Shown in pieces: positions 12,243 through 24,800 of a stretch of DNA of 64,000 nt. Source of the stretch: Octopus sinensis (taxonomy: Eukaryota). The DNA is taken from positions 7,626,001 through 7,690,000 of the forward strand of contig NC_043014.1 of assembly GCF_006345805.1 (NCBI RefSeq), given 5' to 3'. The position numbers and the translations under genes are program-made. How positions within the stretch are numbered: the stretch's first letter is position 1; each line of letters starts with the position of its first letter. Below the pieces are notes generated by a model that worked only from the letters and a program-made list of their open reading frames with translations, was not told the DNA's origin and did no database searches.

Positions 12243-12642
12243 AGGCGCAGGAGTGGCTGTGTGGTAAGTAGCTTGCTTACCAACCACATGGTTCCGGGTT
12301 CAGTCCCACTGCGTGGCATCTTGGGCAAGTGTCTTCTGCTATAGCCCCGGGCCGACCAATGCCTTGTGAGTGGATTTGGTAGACGGAAACTGAAAGAAGC
12401 CTGTCCTATATATGTATATATATGTATATGTGTGTGTGTGTCTGTGTTTGTCCCCCTAGCATCGCTTGACAACCGATGCGGGTGTGTTTACGTCCCCGTT
12501 ACTTAGCGGTTCGGCAAAAGCGACCTATAGAATAAGTACTGGGCTTACAAAGAATAAGTCCCGAGGTCGATTTGCTCGACTAAAGGCGGTGCTCCAGCAT
12601 GGCCGCAGTCAAATGACTGAAACAAGTAAAAGAGAAAAAAGA
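12243..12642 (+). mobile_element. SINE family A
   Basis: Full-length match. Confidence 0.85.
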
Positions 12643-13167
12643 GATCGATCCTAGGGTCATAATTATGGGTGACAATTTCATATGACACCCCTAATTATGA
12701 CCCTAGTATCGATCTATTGCATTTCAATCTCTTTTAGGGTTAGGGGTGGGTGGAAGGGTATCTTTTTTTCTTCACAAATGTAAATAAACCCAATCTGTTT
12801 CTTAAAGGGTTTCACTAATTTATATTCACAGTACAAGGGAGGCAACTGTGTTATATATAACTCACCACACCAATAAAACACATTTCTGAATATTTATGAA
12901 AATAATGCGATAATTATGATCAAAATTAATTAATTACTGTTATTAGTCCCGCAAAGAAAATATCATCTCTATTTTAAAATAAAGGTTTATAAACTTTTTT
13001 TCAACTTCCGATTAGTTTTACAATTTGTTGTATGAAAAAGTCTTTAAGACAAAGTATAGAACGGTCTTAATGACTAATAATTATTTCTACTCTAGGCGCA
13101 TGGCTTAGGTGAAATTTTTGGGGGAAGAGGCCTAGTCGATTATATCGACCCCAGTACGTAAGTGGTA

Positions 13168-14113
13168 CTGCCGCTACGTTCTGAGTTCAAATTCCGCCGA
13201 GGTCGACTTTGCCTTTCATCCTTTCGGGATTCGATAAGTTAAGTACCAGTTACGCACTGGGGTCGATGTAATCGACTTAATCCGTTTGTCTGTCCTTGTT
13301 CGTCCCCTCTGTGTTTAGCCCCTTGTGGGTAGTAAAGAAATTTATATCGACCCCTGTACGTAAGTGGTACTGCCGCTACGTTCTGAGTTCAAATTCCGCC
13401 GAGGTCGACTTTGCCTTTCATCCTTTCGGGGTCGATAAATTAAGTACCAGTTACGCACTGGAGTCGATGTAATCGACTTAATACCTATGTCTGTCCTTGT
13501 TTGTCCCCTCTATGTTTGGTCCCTTGTGGGTAGTAAAGAAATAGGTATTTCGTCTGCCGTTACGTTCTGAGTTCAAATTCCGCCGAGGTCGACTTTGCCT
13601 TTCATCCTTTCGGGGTCGATAAATTAAGAACCAGTTACGCACTGGAGTTGATGTAATCGACTTAATACCTATGTCTGTCCTTGTTTGTCCCCCTCTGTGT
13701 TTAGCCCCTTGTGGGTAGTAAAGAAATTTATATCGACCCCTGTACGTAAGTGGTACTGCCGCTACGTTCTGAGTTCAAATTCCGCCGAGGTCGACTTTGC
13801 CTTTCATTCTTTCGGGGTCGATAAATTAAGAACCAGTTACGCACTGGGGTCGATGTAATCGACTTAATACCTATGTCTGTCCTTGTTTGTCCCCTCTATG
13901 TTTAGTCCCTTGTGGGTAGTAAAGAAATAGGTATTTCCTCTGCCGTTACGTTCTGAGTTCAAATTCCGCCGAGGTCGACTTTGCCTTTCATCTTTTCGAG
14001 GTCGATAAATTAAGTACTATTTACGCACTGGGGTCGATGTAATCGACTTAATACCTATGTCTGTCCTTGTTTGTCCCCTCTTTGTTTAGCCCCTTGTGGG
14101 TAAAAAAGAAATA
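13168..14113 (+). repeat. Tandem array of five headless SINE family B units (about 185-205 bp)
   Basis: Repeated GTTCTGAGTTCAAATTCCGCCGAGGTCGAC...GGGTAGTAAAGAAAT; 386-bp higher-order period. Confidence 0.9.
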
Positions 14114-14384
14114 GGTACTTATTTCATCGATCCTGAGAAGATGAAATCCAAAGTCGACCTCGGCGGAATTTGAACTCAGAACGAAATACTGCTAACACCG
14201 GTGTGGGGGGGATTCGAGAAAAAAATTTTAGATTCATTTATTTTTCGTTTGAGTAATAGAGAAAGGTTTTTTAAAATGATACCAACGGTGGGGATGTGGT
14301 GAGAACACCAGCTAAATCACCCGTAATTTATTTTCATAGTGAAGCCATATTCAACACCGTCTTTAGGAATTTATTTCTTTCAGC

Positions 14385-14792
14385 ATAATAAATAATAATA
14401 ATAATGAAATTATTGTATACAGTGCTCAGGTGCACCACAACTTGTCAAAAGTGCATATAAAGCACATGCAGTAATGTACAAATGTCTGGAAAGCGAACAA
14501 TGTATGAGTCAGATACATGCTTGTGTGTGTATGGAGGGGAGAAAATCAGGTGTAGTGTTGGCGAATCCCAGGAAGCATGGAAGTGTTGAAGGATGCAGTG
14601 CTCCGACAACTAACAACTGATGCCGGCAGTTTGTTCCATGCTTCAGCAACTCTCACCGTGAAAAAAATGTTTCCTAAAGTCATGGGAGCTGTGCTGTTTT
14701 CTGACTTTGTAAATATGTCCACGGGTGTTAGACGGGTGGAGTTTGAAAAGGTGCTCAGAGTTAATCCTTGTGCGATGGTTAAATACATGGGA
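14385..14792 (-). mobile_element. CR1-type LINE 3' fragment
   Basis: FFTVRVAEAWNKLPASVV motif and (TAT)n tail. Confidence 0.75.
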
Positions 14793-14979
14793 TCTTATAA
14801 AAAAAAAAATTCTATTACTAAAAGGGAAAATAAAATGAATCTAAAAAATATTTTTCAAGCTTATTTCCATTATATTCAAGCAAAAAAATAATTTATGAAT
14901 TTTATTCTCTTCGAAATTCCTCCTCACCTCCTTCCCTCAGAAAAAATTTCGCCGCAAGTTTCTTTATAATCGTAATCTC

Positions 14980-15193
14980 GTTTACTTTTTTTACTTGTGT
15001 CAGTCATTTGACTGCGGCCATGCTGGAGCACCGCCTTTAGTCGAGCAAATCGACCCCAGGACTTATTCTTTTTAAGCCTAACACTTATTTTATCCGAATC
15101 TTTTGCCGAACCGCTAAGTGACGGGTACGTAAACACACCAGCATCGGTTGTCAACCGATGTTGGGGGGGGGGGGACAAACACAAACACATACA

Positions 15194-15252
<59 letters not shown>

Positions 15253-15428
15253 ATATATATATATATACGATGGGCTTCTTTCAGTTTCCGTCTAGGAAAT
15301 CCATTCACAAGGCTTTGGTCGGTCCGAGGCTATAGTAGAAGACACTTGCCCAAGGTGCTACTCAGTGGGACTGAAACCGGAATTATGTAGTTCGTAAGCA
15401 AGCTTCTTACCACACAGCCACTCCTACG
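14980..15428 (-). mobile_element. SINE family A
   Basis: Full-length match with (TCTA)n centre. Confidence 0.8.
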
Positions 15429-15720
15429 TTTGAACGGTATTTATATGAAATTTCATCAAAAGATATCCATTTTCCTAAAAGTTATTAGGGGAAAAATCGT
15501 ATCGTGTGAATATTCCGAAAGTCCTCTCCCTCCGCCCCCTGTTCGTTGGTGCAATTTTTCTTCAATTCGTTTAATGGACTTTTTTTTACATCTATTACAC
15601 TTCTGTTTTTTTATCGTGCTTTGGTGACCGGGAGTTAAAGTAAGCATTAACCACAGTATGTATGTATACATGATGGGATACTTTTAGTTTCTGTTTACCA
15701 AATCCACTTGCCCAAGGTAC

Positions 15721-16488
15721 CTATTTCTTTTCTATCCACAAGGGGCTAAACACAGAGAGGACAAACAAGGACAGACAAACGGATTAAGTCGATTACATCG
15801 ACTCCAGTGCGTAACTGGTACTTTTTTAATCGACCCCGAAAGGATGAAAGGCAAAGTCGACCTCGGCGGAATTTGAACTCAGAACGTAACGGCAGACGAC
15901 ATACCCATTTCTTTACTATCCACAAGGGGATAAACATAGAGGGGACAAACAAGGACAGACAAACGTATTAAGTCGATTACATCGACTCCAGTGCATAACT
16001 GGTACTTATTTAATCGACCCCGAAAGGATGAAAGGCAAAATCGACCTCGGCGGAATTTGAACTCAGAATGTAAAGACAGACGAAATCCTTATTTCTTTAC
16101 TACCCACAAGGAGCTAAACATAGAGGAGAGAAACAAGGACAGACAAACGGATTAAGTCGATTATATCGACCCCAGTGTGTAACGGGTACTTATTTAATCG
16201 ACCCAGAAAGGATGAAAGGCAAAGTCGACCTCGGCGGAATTTGAACTCAGAAATACCTATTTCTTTACTACCCACAAGGGGCTAAACACAGAGGGGACAA
16301 ACAAGGACAGACAAAGGGATTAAGTCGATTATATCGACACCAGTGCGTAACTGGTACTTATTTAATCGACCCCGAAAGGATGAAATGCAAAGTCGTCCTC
16401 GGCGGAATTTGAACTTAGAACCTAGCGGCAGACGAAACACGGCTAAGCATTTCGCCCCGGCGTGCTAACGTTTCTGCCAGCTTGCCGT
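15721..16488 (-). repeat. Tandem array of four SINE family B units, the first with a tRNA-like head
   Basis: Units begin near 15721, 15905, 16088, 16257; head GGCAAGCTGGCAGAAACGTTAGC at the right end. Confidence 0.9.
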
Positions 16489-16559
16489 GTAGGACCGAAC
16501 CCAGAATCACGAGGTTTGGAAAGGAAACTTAGAACATTAAACCACGTTTACTCCAAGGG

Positions 16560-16687
16560 AGATCACTGTAGCGTCAAGCTTTTTGACGACTGCGCAGACG
16601 GTGCTGTTTCGGCTGTTCTAATTACTTCCGGCTGCAGGTGCGACCCAAAACTTTTAGACAGAATCCCTTAAAGAAATTAAAATTAAA
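16560..16687 (+). promoter_or_regulatory. Candidate RRP9 promoter/5'UTR
   Basis: CpG-rich stretch before the ATG with ETS-type motif ACTTCCGG at 16624-16631; motif match only. Confidence 0.4.
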
Positions 16688-16783
16688 ATGTCTTTTTTTA
16701 TACGGAACGATAAACCTTTAAAGAAACGGAAACTGCAGGACACAAAACGCCGCAAGGATCGTAAGGACCTTAAACTGACACAA
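16688..16783 (+). CDS. RRP9: RRP9 exon 1 (MSFFIRNDKPLKKRKLQDTKRRKDRKDLKLTQ)
   Basis: ATG at 16688, basic N-terminus, donor CAA|GTATGT in phase 0 matching exon 2. Confidence 0.75.
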
Positions 16784-19700
16784 GTATGTTGAGATTGTTT
16801 TCTTTTTTATTTATAATTCATTTAATCCAACGATTGCTCCGAACTCCACGTGGTCTTGACTTCCTGTATAAACGGGATAATAGAATGTCTGTTAAGGCCC
16901 TATCATTCGCCTCGTCGCTTCTTCTTCGTTGTTAACCCTTCTATTATTCATTTCGTTATCATCTATCAATACAGTTAAGGCACGGTACTATTTAAGAAGA
17001 GTGGTCCCGGTGCGCGCACTCGTGTACTCGCGCACCGGCGCTAGCTAGTCGTGACTAGTCGATCCTTACTTTGTGTTTTTGTGTGTTATTTACTTCGTGT
17101 AAAATAATTATTTATTTTGTGTGTTATTTACTTTGCTAGGTATTCGTAGGATCGACTAGTCACGACTAGCTTACGCGAGTGCGCGCACCGGGACCACTCT
17201 TCTTAAGTAGTACCTTAGATCTATTGATAGGGCACTACTTAAATACAGAGGTCCCGGCTCATCGACGTATCGATGGTTACGTAGATACGTCGAGACCCCT
17301 GTATTTAAGAGAAAGCGACCGATAGAATAAGTGTCAAGCTTAAAAAATAAGTCCTGAGATCGCTTTGTTTCACTAAAACTATTCAGTGTGTTGCTCTAGC
17401 ATGGCCGCAGTCTTATAACTGAAACAAGTAAAAGACTGAACAATGAGGCCGCGTCTAAACGACTGGGAACACAAGAGCACCTGACAACTGCAAGGTTATT
17501 CCTCACTCCACCCCCAGCTGTGTTTTGGTACCCATTTTCAGCTGAGTACGAGAATCGAACCCACGGATTAACGATCATGAGCCAAACGGTGGAGGTAAAG
17601 AATACGCACACCACCCGTTTTCGACGTAACAAAAAAAACCCTAACCCGTAACCCCTAATTCTAAACACCAGGTGTCCGTATTCTTTACCATCGCCGCCAT
17701 GACCATCCCGTCCGTCCGTCCGTCCGTCCGTTCCTTTTTTTTCTTTTTAACTCGCACAGTTTACCTCGGAATGTATTAAGCAAAGTGTCTACTTTTAAAC
17801 CCGGTTAGTGTGTTGTTTGAAGAAGCTTCTGACTATTTCTAGCATGTCAAGCGACCACAGAGGGGCTCTCACTTTCACCAAATTAAAATTACTTGTGGAA
17901 CACGTGGAAATTCCACGTTTTCTAAATATTTTTGGTGTCAAAATTTATAAATCTTTACAATTTTGTTTCATTAGGTTATTGTTTATCCGTGGAAAATTTC
18001 ATTAAAAAAAAAGGGATCTTTTCGGTTTGAACGGCAGTTTTTTCTAGCAGTGTCATATGAAATTGTCACCCATAATTATGACCCTAGTATCGATCTATTG
18101 CATTTTAATCTCTTTTAGGGTTAGGGTTGGAGGTGGTGGAAGGGTATCTTTTTTTCTTCACAAAGGTAAATAAACCCAATCTGTTTCTTAAACGAGGGAC
18201 ATATTCATACGGCACAGAATGTTTTTTACATCAATAGAGGTCATTGATTGGTTGAAATTGCAGAAATTGAGGGGAAAAAAAACAAGAAATATCGATCTAT
18301 TGCACTTCAATCTCTTTTAGGGTTAGTGGTGGGGGGAAGGGTATCTTTTTTTCTTCAGAAATGTAAATAAACCCAATCTGTTTCTTAAACGAGGGACATA
18401 TTCATACGGCACAGAATGTTTTTTACATCAATAGAGGTCATTGATTGGTTGAAATTGCAGAAATTGAGGGGAAAAAAACAAGAAATATCGATCTATTGCA
18501 CTTCAATCTCTTTTAGGGTTAGAGGTGGGGGGAAGGGTATCTTTTTTTCTTCAGAAATGTAAATAAACTCAATCTGTTTCTTAAACGAGGGACATATTCA
18601 TACAGCACAGAATGTTTTTTTTACCTCAATAGATGTCATTGATTGGTTGAAATTGCAGAAATTGAAGAAAAAAACAACAAATATCTTACAAACTATAGAA
18701 TTTTCTCAATAAAGCCAAGAGAAAAAGATGTTTTATAAACACATTCTACTAGTATACGAAGTATAAAAGTGTCTAGTTGGAAATTATTTTTAAAAACTGC
18801 CAAAAAAAGGGTTCTAAAAAAAGTTTTAGGTAAAGAAATTTGTATTGGAGTTTGGGGGCACAATTCTGTACTTATGCCTGGAAATTATTTTAAAACACTG
18901 CCGTTCAAACCAAAAAGATCCAAAAAAAGCGTTCTAAAGAAATTTGTGTTGGAGTTTGGGGGCACATTTCTGTACTTATGCCTGTTTTGAACTGCGAGGC
19001 TGGAGAAAGTCTATGAAATCTTTTAACATAGACTTATATAAATTTATCCACCAAAACAGAAAAAAAGACCATTTAAGAAACATGAAATTTCTTTGGGTTT
19101 CACTACTTGCTACTGATTTTACTCTGGCCAACGTTGGAGCCTCTATGTGGTCACTCAACGTGCTAGAAATAGGCAGTCTACTTTGAACCATTACACAAAT
19201 TCCAAAGGATAAAGAATTTACGAGGGGTTAAATCGCATTTTCAAAATTTCGATTCTTCCTTTCCCACTCATTTTTCACTTTTTGTTTTTTTTTTTAAATT
19301 TTATTATTATTATTATTATTTGCAAAATACGTAGAAAAACATGAAGATTAGGATTGCGAAAAAATTTTGTAAAATTTCAATTTTTCAAGAAAAAAATAGG
19401 CGCAGGAATGGGTGTGTAGTAAGTAGCTTACTTACCAATCATATGGTTCTGGGTTCAGTCCACTGCGTGGCACCTTGGGCAAGTGTTTTCTACTACAGCC
19501 TCAGGCCAACCAAAGCCTTGTGTGTGGATTTGGTAGACGGAAACTGAAAGAAGCCCGTTGTATATATATATATGTTTGTGTATCTGTGTTTGTCCTCCCC
19601 AACATCACTTGACAACCGATATTGGTGTGTTTACGTCCCCGTCACTTAGCGGTTCGGCAAAAGAGACCGATAGAATAAGTACTAGGCTTACAAAAGAATA

Positions 19701-21781
19701 AGTCCTGGGGTTGATTTGTCCGATTAAAGGTGATGCTCCAGCATGGCCGCAATCAAATGACTGAGACCAGTAAAAGAATACCTCCAACCCCCTTCCTTCC
19801 CAATTCTACAGCCTGGTTGGAGGGGGAGGCCTTTTAGAAAATAGAAACAAGATTGTTTTATAAAACAGAATTTCCTTGGGTCTTGCTGGTTATTCTTAAT
19901 GTGGATGTTTTCTGTTTGGATGCCAAGTTTCAATCTTTTCAGTTTCCTTTCGAATTGATTTCAGTGTAAGATATACCAGTATTGCTCGATCTCGATTTTC
20001 AGTACGAATACGGACCACGAAAGCGTGGCCCATCGATCCTTTCCGAATAACAGCGGCGAGCTGGCAGAATCGTTAGCACACCTGACGAAATGCTAAGCGG
20101 TATTTCGTCTGTCGTTACGTTCTGAGTTCAAATTCCGCCAAGGTCGACTTTGCCTTTCATCCTTTCAGGGTCGATAAATAAAGTACCAGTTTTGCACTGG
20201 GGCCAATGTAATCCACTTAATCCCTTAGTCTGTCCTTGTTTGTCCTCTCTATGTTCAGCCCCTTGTGGGTAGTAAAGAAAAAGATATACCAGTATTGCTT
20301 TTAACAGAATAATGTGAGTACCGTACTCTTTTGTTTTCATTTCAGGAACCTACGGAGAGCAGCAATAATAAGCAGGAAGAAGAAATTGAATCTGACAGGT
20401 GAGAGATGTTAACTAAAACCTCAGACTAACGTGGCCCCACCCCGATCTTTATAAACAAGAAGACAAATTGGAGTTTGTCCATTCTTAAGTTCTGGCAGAC
20501 TCTGACATAGACATGACTTTTCCTTTTCCACTGGAGAATTTGTTTCTACTCTAGGCACAGGGCCCAAAATTTTTGGGGAAGGGACCAGTTGATTAGATTA
20601 GACCCCAGTACGCAACAGGTACTTAATTTATCCACCCTGAAAGGCAGAATTTGAACTCAGAACATAGCAGCAGACGAAATACCTATTTCTTTACTACCCA
20701 CATGGGGCTAAACACAGAGGGGACAAACAAGGACAGACCCTGGAACCATGTGGTTGGTAAGCAAGCTACTAACCACACGATCGCGCCTGCGCCTATATTA
20801 AAAAAACATTTGTGAAAATGTTTTGTGTATTGTAGAAATATAACCTGTTTATTGCTGATTAATTCTAAAAACAAAATCCGATGTCGACCCCTAAGGGCCA
20901 CATGGACCCTCGTTAAGGACCACTGCTTTGCACACTGATAATAAATTGACCAACACTGTAATTGACTTCATGACAGTTGAAGATGAATTATCAATGGAAA
21001 TAGTAGTTGTGATACCTGTGCCGGTGGCACATAAAAAGCACCATCCAAATGTGGCCGATGCCAGTGCCGCCTTGACTGGCTTCTGTGCCGGTTGCACGTT
21101 AAAAGCACCAACCGATCGTGGCCGATGCCAGACTCCCCTGGCACCTGTGCCGGTGGCACGTAAAAAGCACCCACTACACTCGCGGAGTGGTTGGCGTTAG
21201 GAAGGGCATCAAGCTGTAGAAACTCTGCCAGATCAGACTGGAGCCTGGTGCAGCCCCTGGCTTCCCAGACCCCGGTCGAACCGTCCAACCCGTGCTAGCA
21301 TGGAAAACGGATGTTAAACGATGATGATGAGATTGTCCTAGTGACATTCCTCCCCCATCACCGAATGGTGACCTGTCTGGTTGCTTTTGCTTCTGTTAAT
21401 CTTGTTTCTTCTCCTTCCAGTGATGTTGAATACGACAAGTTACCATCGGATGAGGGTGGCTCATCAGATGAAGAAACAGCTCAGGAGAAAAAGATTCGTC
21501 TGGCTAAAAAATATTTGGCTGAATTGAAAAGTGAGGGTGTTGGAGATGATGAGGATGGAAGTGATGGTGAGTATCTACGGATCTGTTTATTTATTTATTT
21601 ATGATGTTGATAGGGACTTCAAAGTTTCTGCCAGCTAAGCCTTTGTTGAACTGCGAAAACTTCGATGTCGCTCTGATTTAAGAATTATAAATTTGTACTC
21701 TTTAAAAGTACAGAGTTACTCATCAGAATAATGTAAAATTGTTTTTATTATAACTAAACATAAAAACAAAACACTAATATA

Positions 21782-21867
<86 letters not shown>

Positions 21868-24800
21868 CAAAAATAAGCAACAAGAATGAATCCGGTAATT
21901 TAGTACAATTGTTTCATACTACAACATTTTATTAAAAGCTGTAAATATTACAGCAGATTTAAGATGCCGAGTAATCTTCAGCCAATTTATATAGGTTTTC
22001 CAATAATATAAAGTTCTCAGATCAATTAATAACATCTTAGGGAAGGTAAATATTTATTAATTGATCTGAGAACTTTATATTATTGGAAAACCTAAATAAA
22101 TTGGCTGAAGATTACTCGGCATCTTAAATCTGCTGTAATATTTACAGCTTTTAATAAAATGTTGTAGTATGAAACAATTGTACTAAATTACCGGATTCAT
22201 TCTTGTTGCTTATTTTTGATTATAATCACCCCGCATATTTTTATGGGTAACACCATAAAAAATTCTGGTGCATCTAAATTAAGTACCATATTCATTTGAA
22301 TCTAAATTGATGCTGATCTTATATATATATATATAGTTAATCCAAATATGAAAGCACAAAAAAACACAACATTGCGAGGACGTGGAACAAATATAGTATT
22401 ATTGGACGCTCAGGAAGGAAGGGAAGAAGGAGGGTTTAACGTTTCGAGTGGAGCTCTTCGTCAGAAACATTGGAAAAGGAAAGATCCAGAGAAGGGAAGA
22501 TGGAGGGAAAAAAATCGCCAACGGTACACACGAGGTCACATTTTTTAAATATATATATATATATATTCACACACATATATATATATATTCACACATATAT
22601 ATATAGATATATACATATATATACACACACATACTTACAAGGTGAGCAAAAGTGTACGTATGCCACTATATGTATAAGTAAAGCCAAAAGACGGAACAAG
22701 GTCACAACAGATGGCAATAAAACATCCAGACAGACGATACAAAGACTGACAAAAGAAAAACAACAAAAAGACAGACAGGAAAAAACATTTGCAGCCTTCT
22801 CTCATCAGTCAAGTTTCCAGATTGTCCTTACAGTTTGGGGTGGATATATATATATATATATATATAGATAGTTAGATAATTATTGACAATGGTGTTTGTT
22901 TGTGTATGTATGTGTACTTGTTTGTATATGAATAAATAAAAGGGGCAGGCAACAGGTTGCTTAGCCGCATACCGAAAAAATTAGAAATAGCAGTCAAAGA
23001 CTTTATTTCTATTTTCTACAAATGAGACTACACATACGACATATCCCTGTAATTCACAAATGCAAAACAAAAGGAATAAATAACGAAAACAAAGTCTGGC
23101 GGTCATTTGCGAACATGTTTCTAGATTAGAAATATATTGAATATGTATTTTATATATATTTTGAATATATATTTCATATCTTTCATCAGCGCAACTCTCC
23201 ATTGAAATAGATTTATCGAATGCCACGTACCTCAACCTTCTGACCAGGTGACATCAAAAGAGTTGAAGAAAGTGAGCATAGGCTAAACCTAAATAGACAG
23301 TTGAATTCGTAAATTTTCCCTCCAAAATTTTACCATGCGCATTACAAAAATTTATATATACAATTTATATACAATATATATACTGAACTTTACAGAAGTT
23401 CCTACCGTTAATCGGTTATATTTACATACCGAATTTTTTAAAAACCATTAAAGAAATTATTTACTCTTATCATTATATATATATGGCACGTAAAAAGCAC
23501 CCACTACACTCGCGGAGTGGTTGGCGTTAGGAAGGGCATCCAGCTGTAGAAACAACTGCCAGACCAGACTGGAGCCTGGGGCAGCCCCTGGCTCCCCAGA
23601 CCCCAGTCGAACCGTCCAACCCGTGCTAGCGCGGAAAACGGACGTTAAACGATGATGATGATGATGATGATATATGTGTGTGTGTGTATATATATGTGTG
23701 TATATATATATGTATGTATATATATATATATATGCCAATTTGTGTGTGACAGGTATCTGCCACAATTGTGATTTTACCTGGCTTGATGGGCCTTCTACCC
23801 AAGCACGATATATTGACAAAGGTCTCGGTCATTGCCCCTGCGAGGCCTAATGCTTGAAAGGAACTCGGCTGCTTTGCCTCTGTGAAGCCCAACGTTCAAA
23901 AGATGTTCTTTACGTGCCACCAGCATGGGTGCACTTGGCTTAGGCCAGCACGTTTGGAGGAGGGGTTAAGTCGATTGCATTGACACCAGTGCTCAACTAG
24001 TACTCATGATATCGACCCAGAAGACACACACACACACACAATCTAATTATAAATTCTTTATTGGCCACACAGGGCTGCACACAGATGGGACAAGTTACAA
24101 GGTAGAGCTTTTCTTTTGGGGGATGAAAAAAACAAAAAACAAAAAAAAGGTGGCGTAGGTTTCCGATCAAAAGGGATCATAAAAGGAAAAAAAGAACAAA
24201 AAAAGGAAAAGGAACAAAAGAAAAGAAAAATGAAAAAAGAGGAAAAAAAGGGGAAGAGGAAAGAAAAACGATCAATAGGGATCGTGTATCACAGTGTCAT
24301 GATGTATGGTGTAAAGGGGAGAGCAAGTAAGGTTTATCCGTGGAAAGAAAAGCCTACGAAAAAGACCACGGTAACCTTGGTCAATATTGTTATATGTTAC
24401 CACATTTGTTTGCAAGTGGGTAAACCCTCTGTTTTCAATTTCTGGGTTCATAGGATTTATGCTCAAGGTGGCTTCGTCATTCATACGTGCCATCCTTGCT
24501 ACATTCACACAATCTAATTATAAAGAAGAAACAAAACAGCAGAATCTCCAGTGAATTGTAATAAGTCTTCGTGTTTTTCTTTTCTTTTGTAGACGATAAA
24601 AGAGATGCGATCAGTGACAGGTTGAAACATGATTTTGTAAGTAAAATATCTGTGGTCTTACCTTGGCATCTGATCTACAACTAAAGGGAGATAACTAAGT
24701 ACTTTTTAGTTTACTTCTCAATTTCTAAAAACACTTAATCCTTTCGTTAATGTATTTCTGTTGAGATGCTCTGAGTTTCTTTTAATTATTCTAAATATAA

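Noticed and set aside
23165-23200. Minus-strand CTGATGA-AAGATAT-GAAA
   Set aside because: Stems I and II cannot form convincingly.
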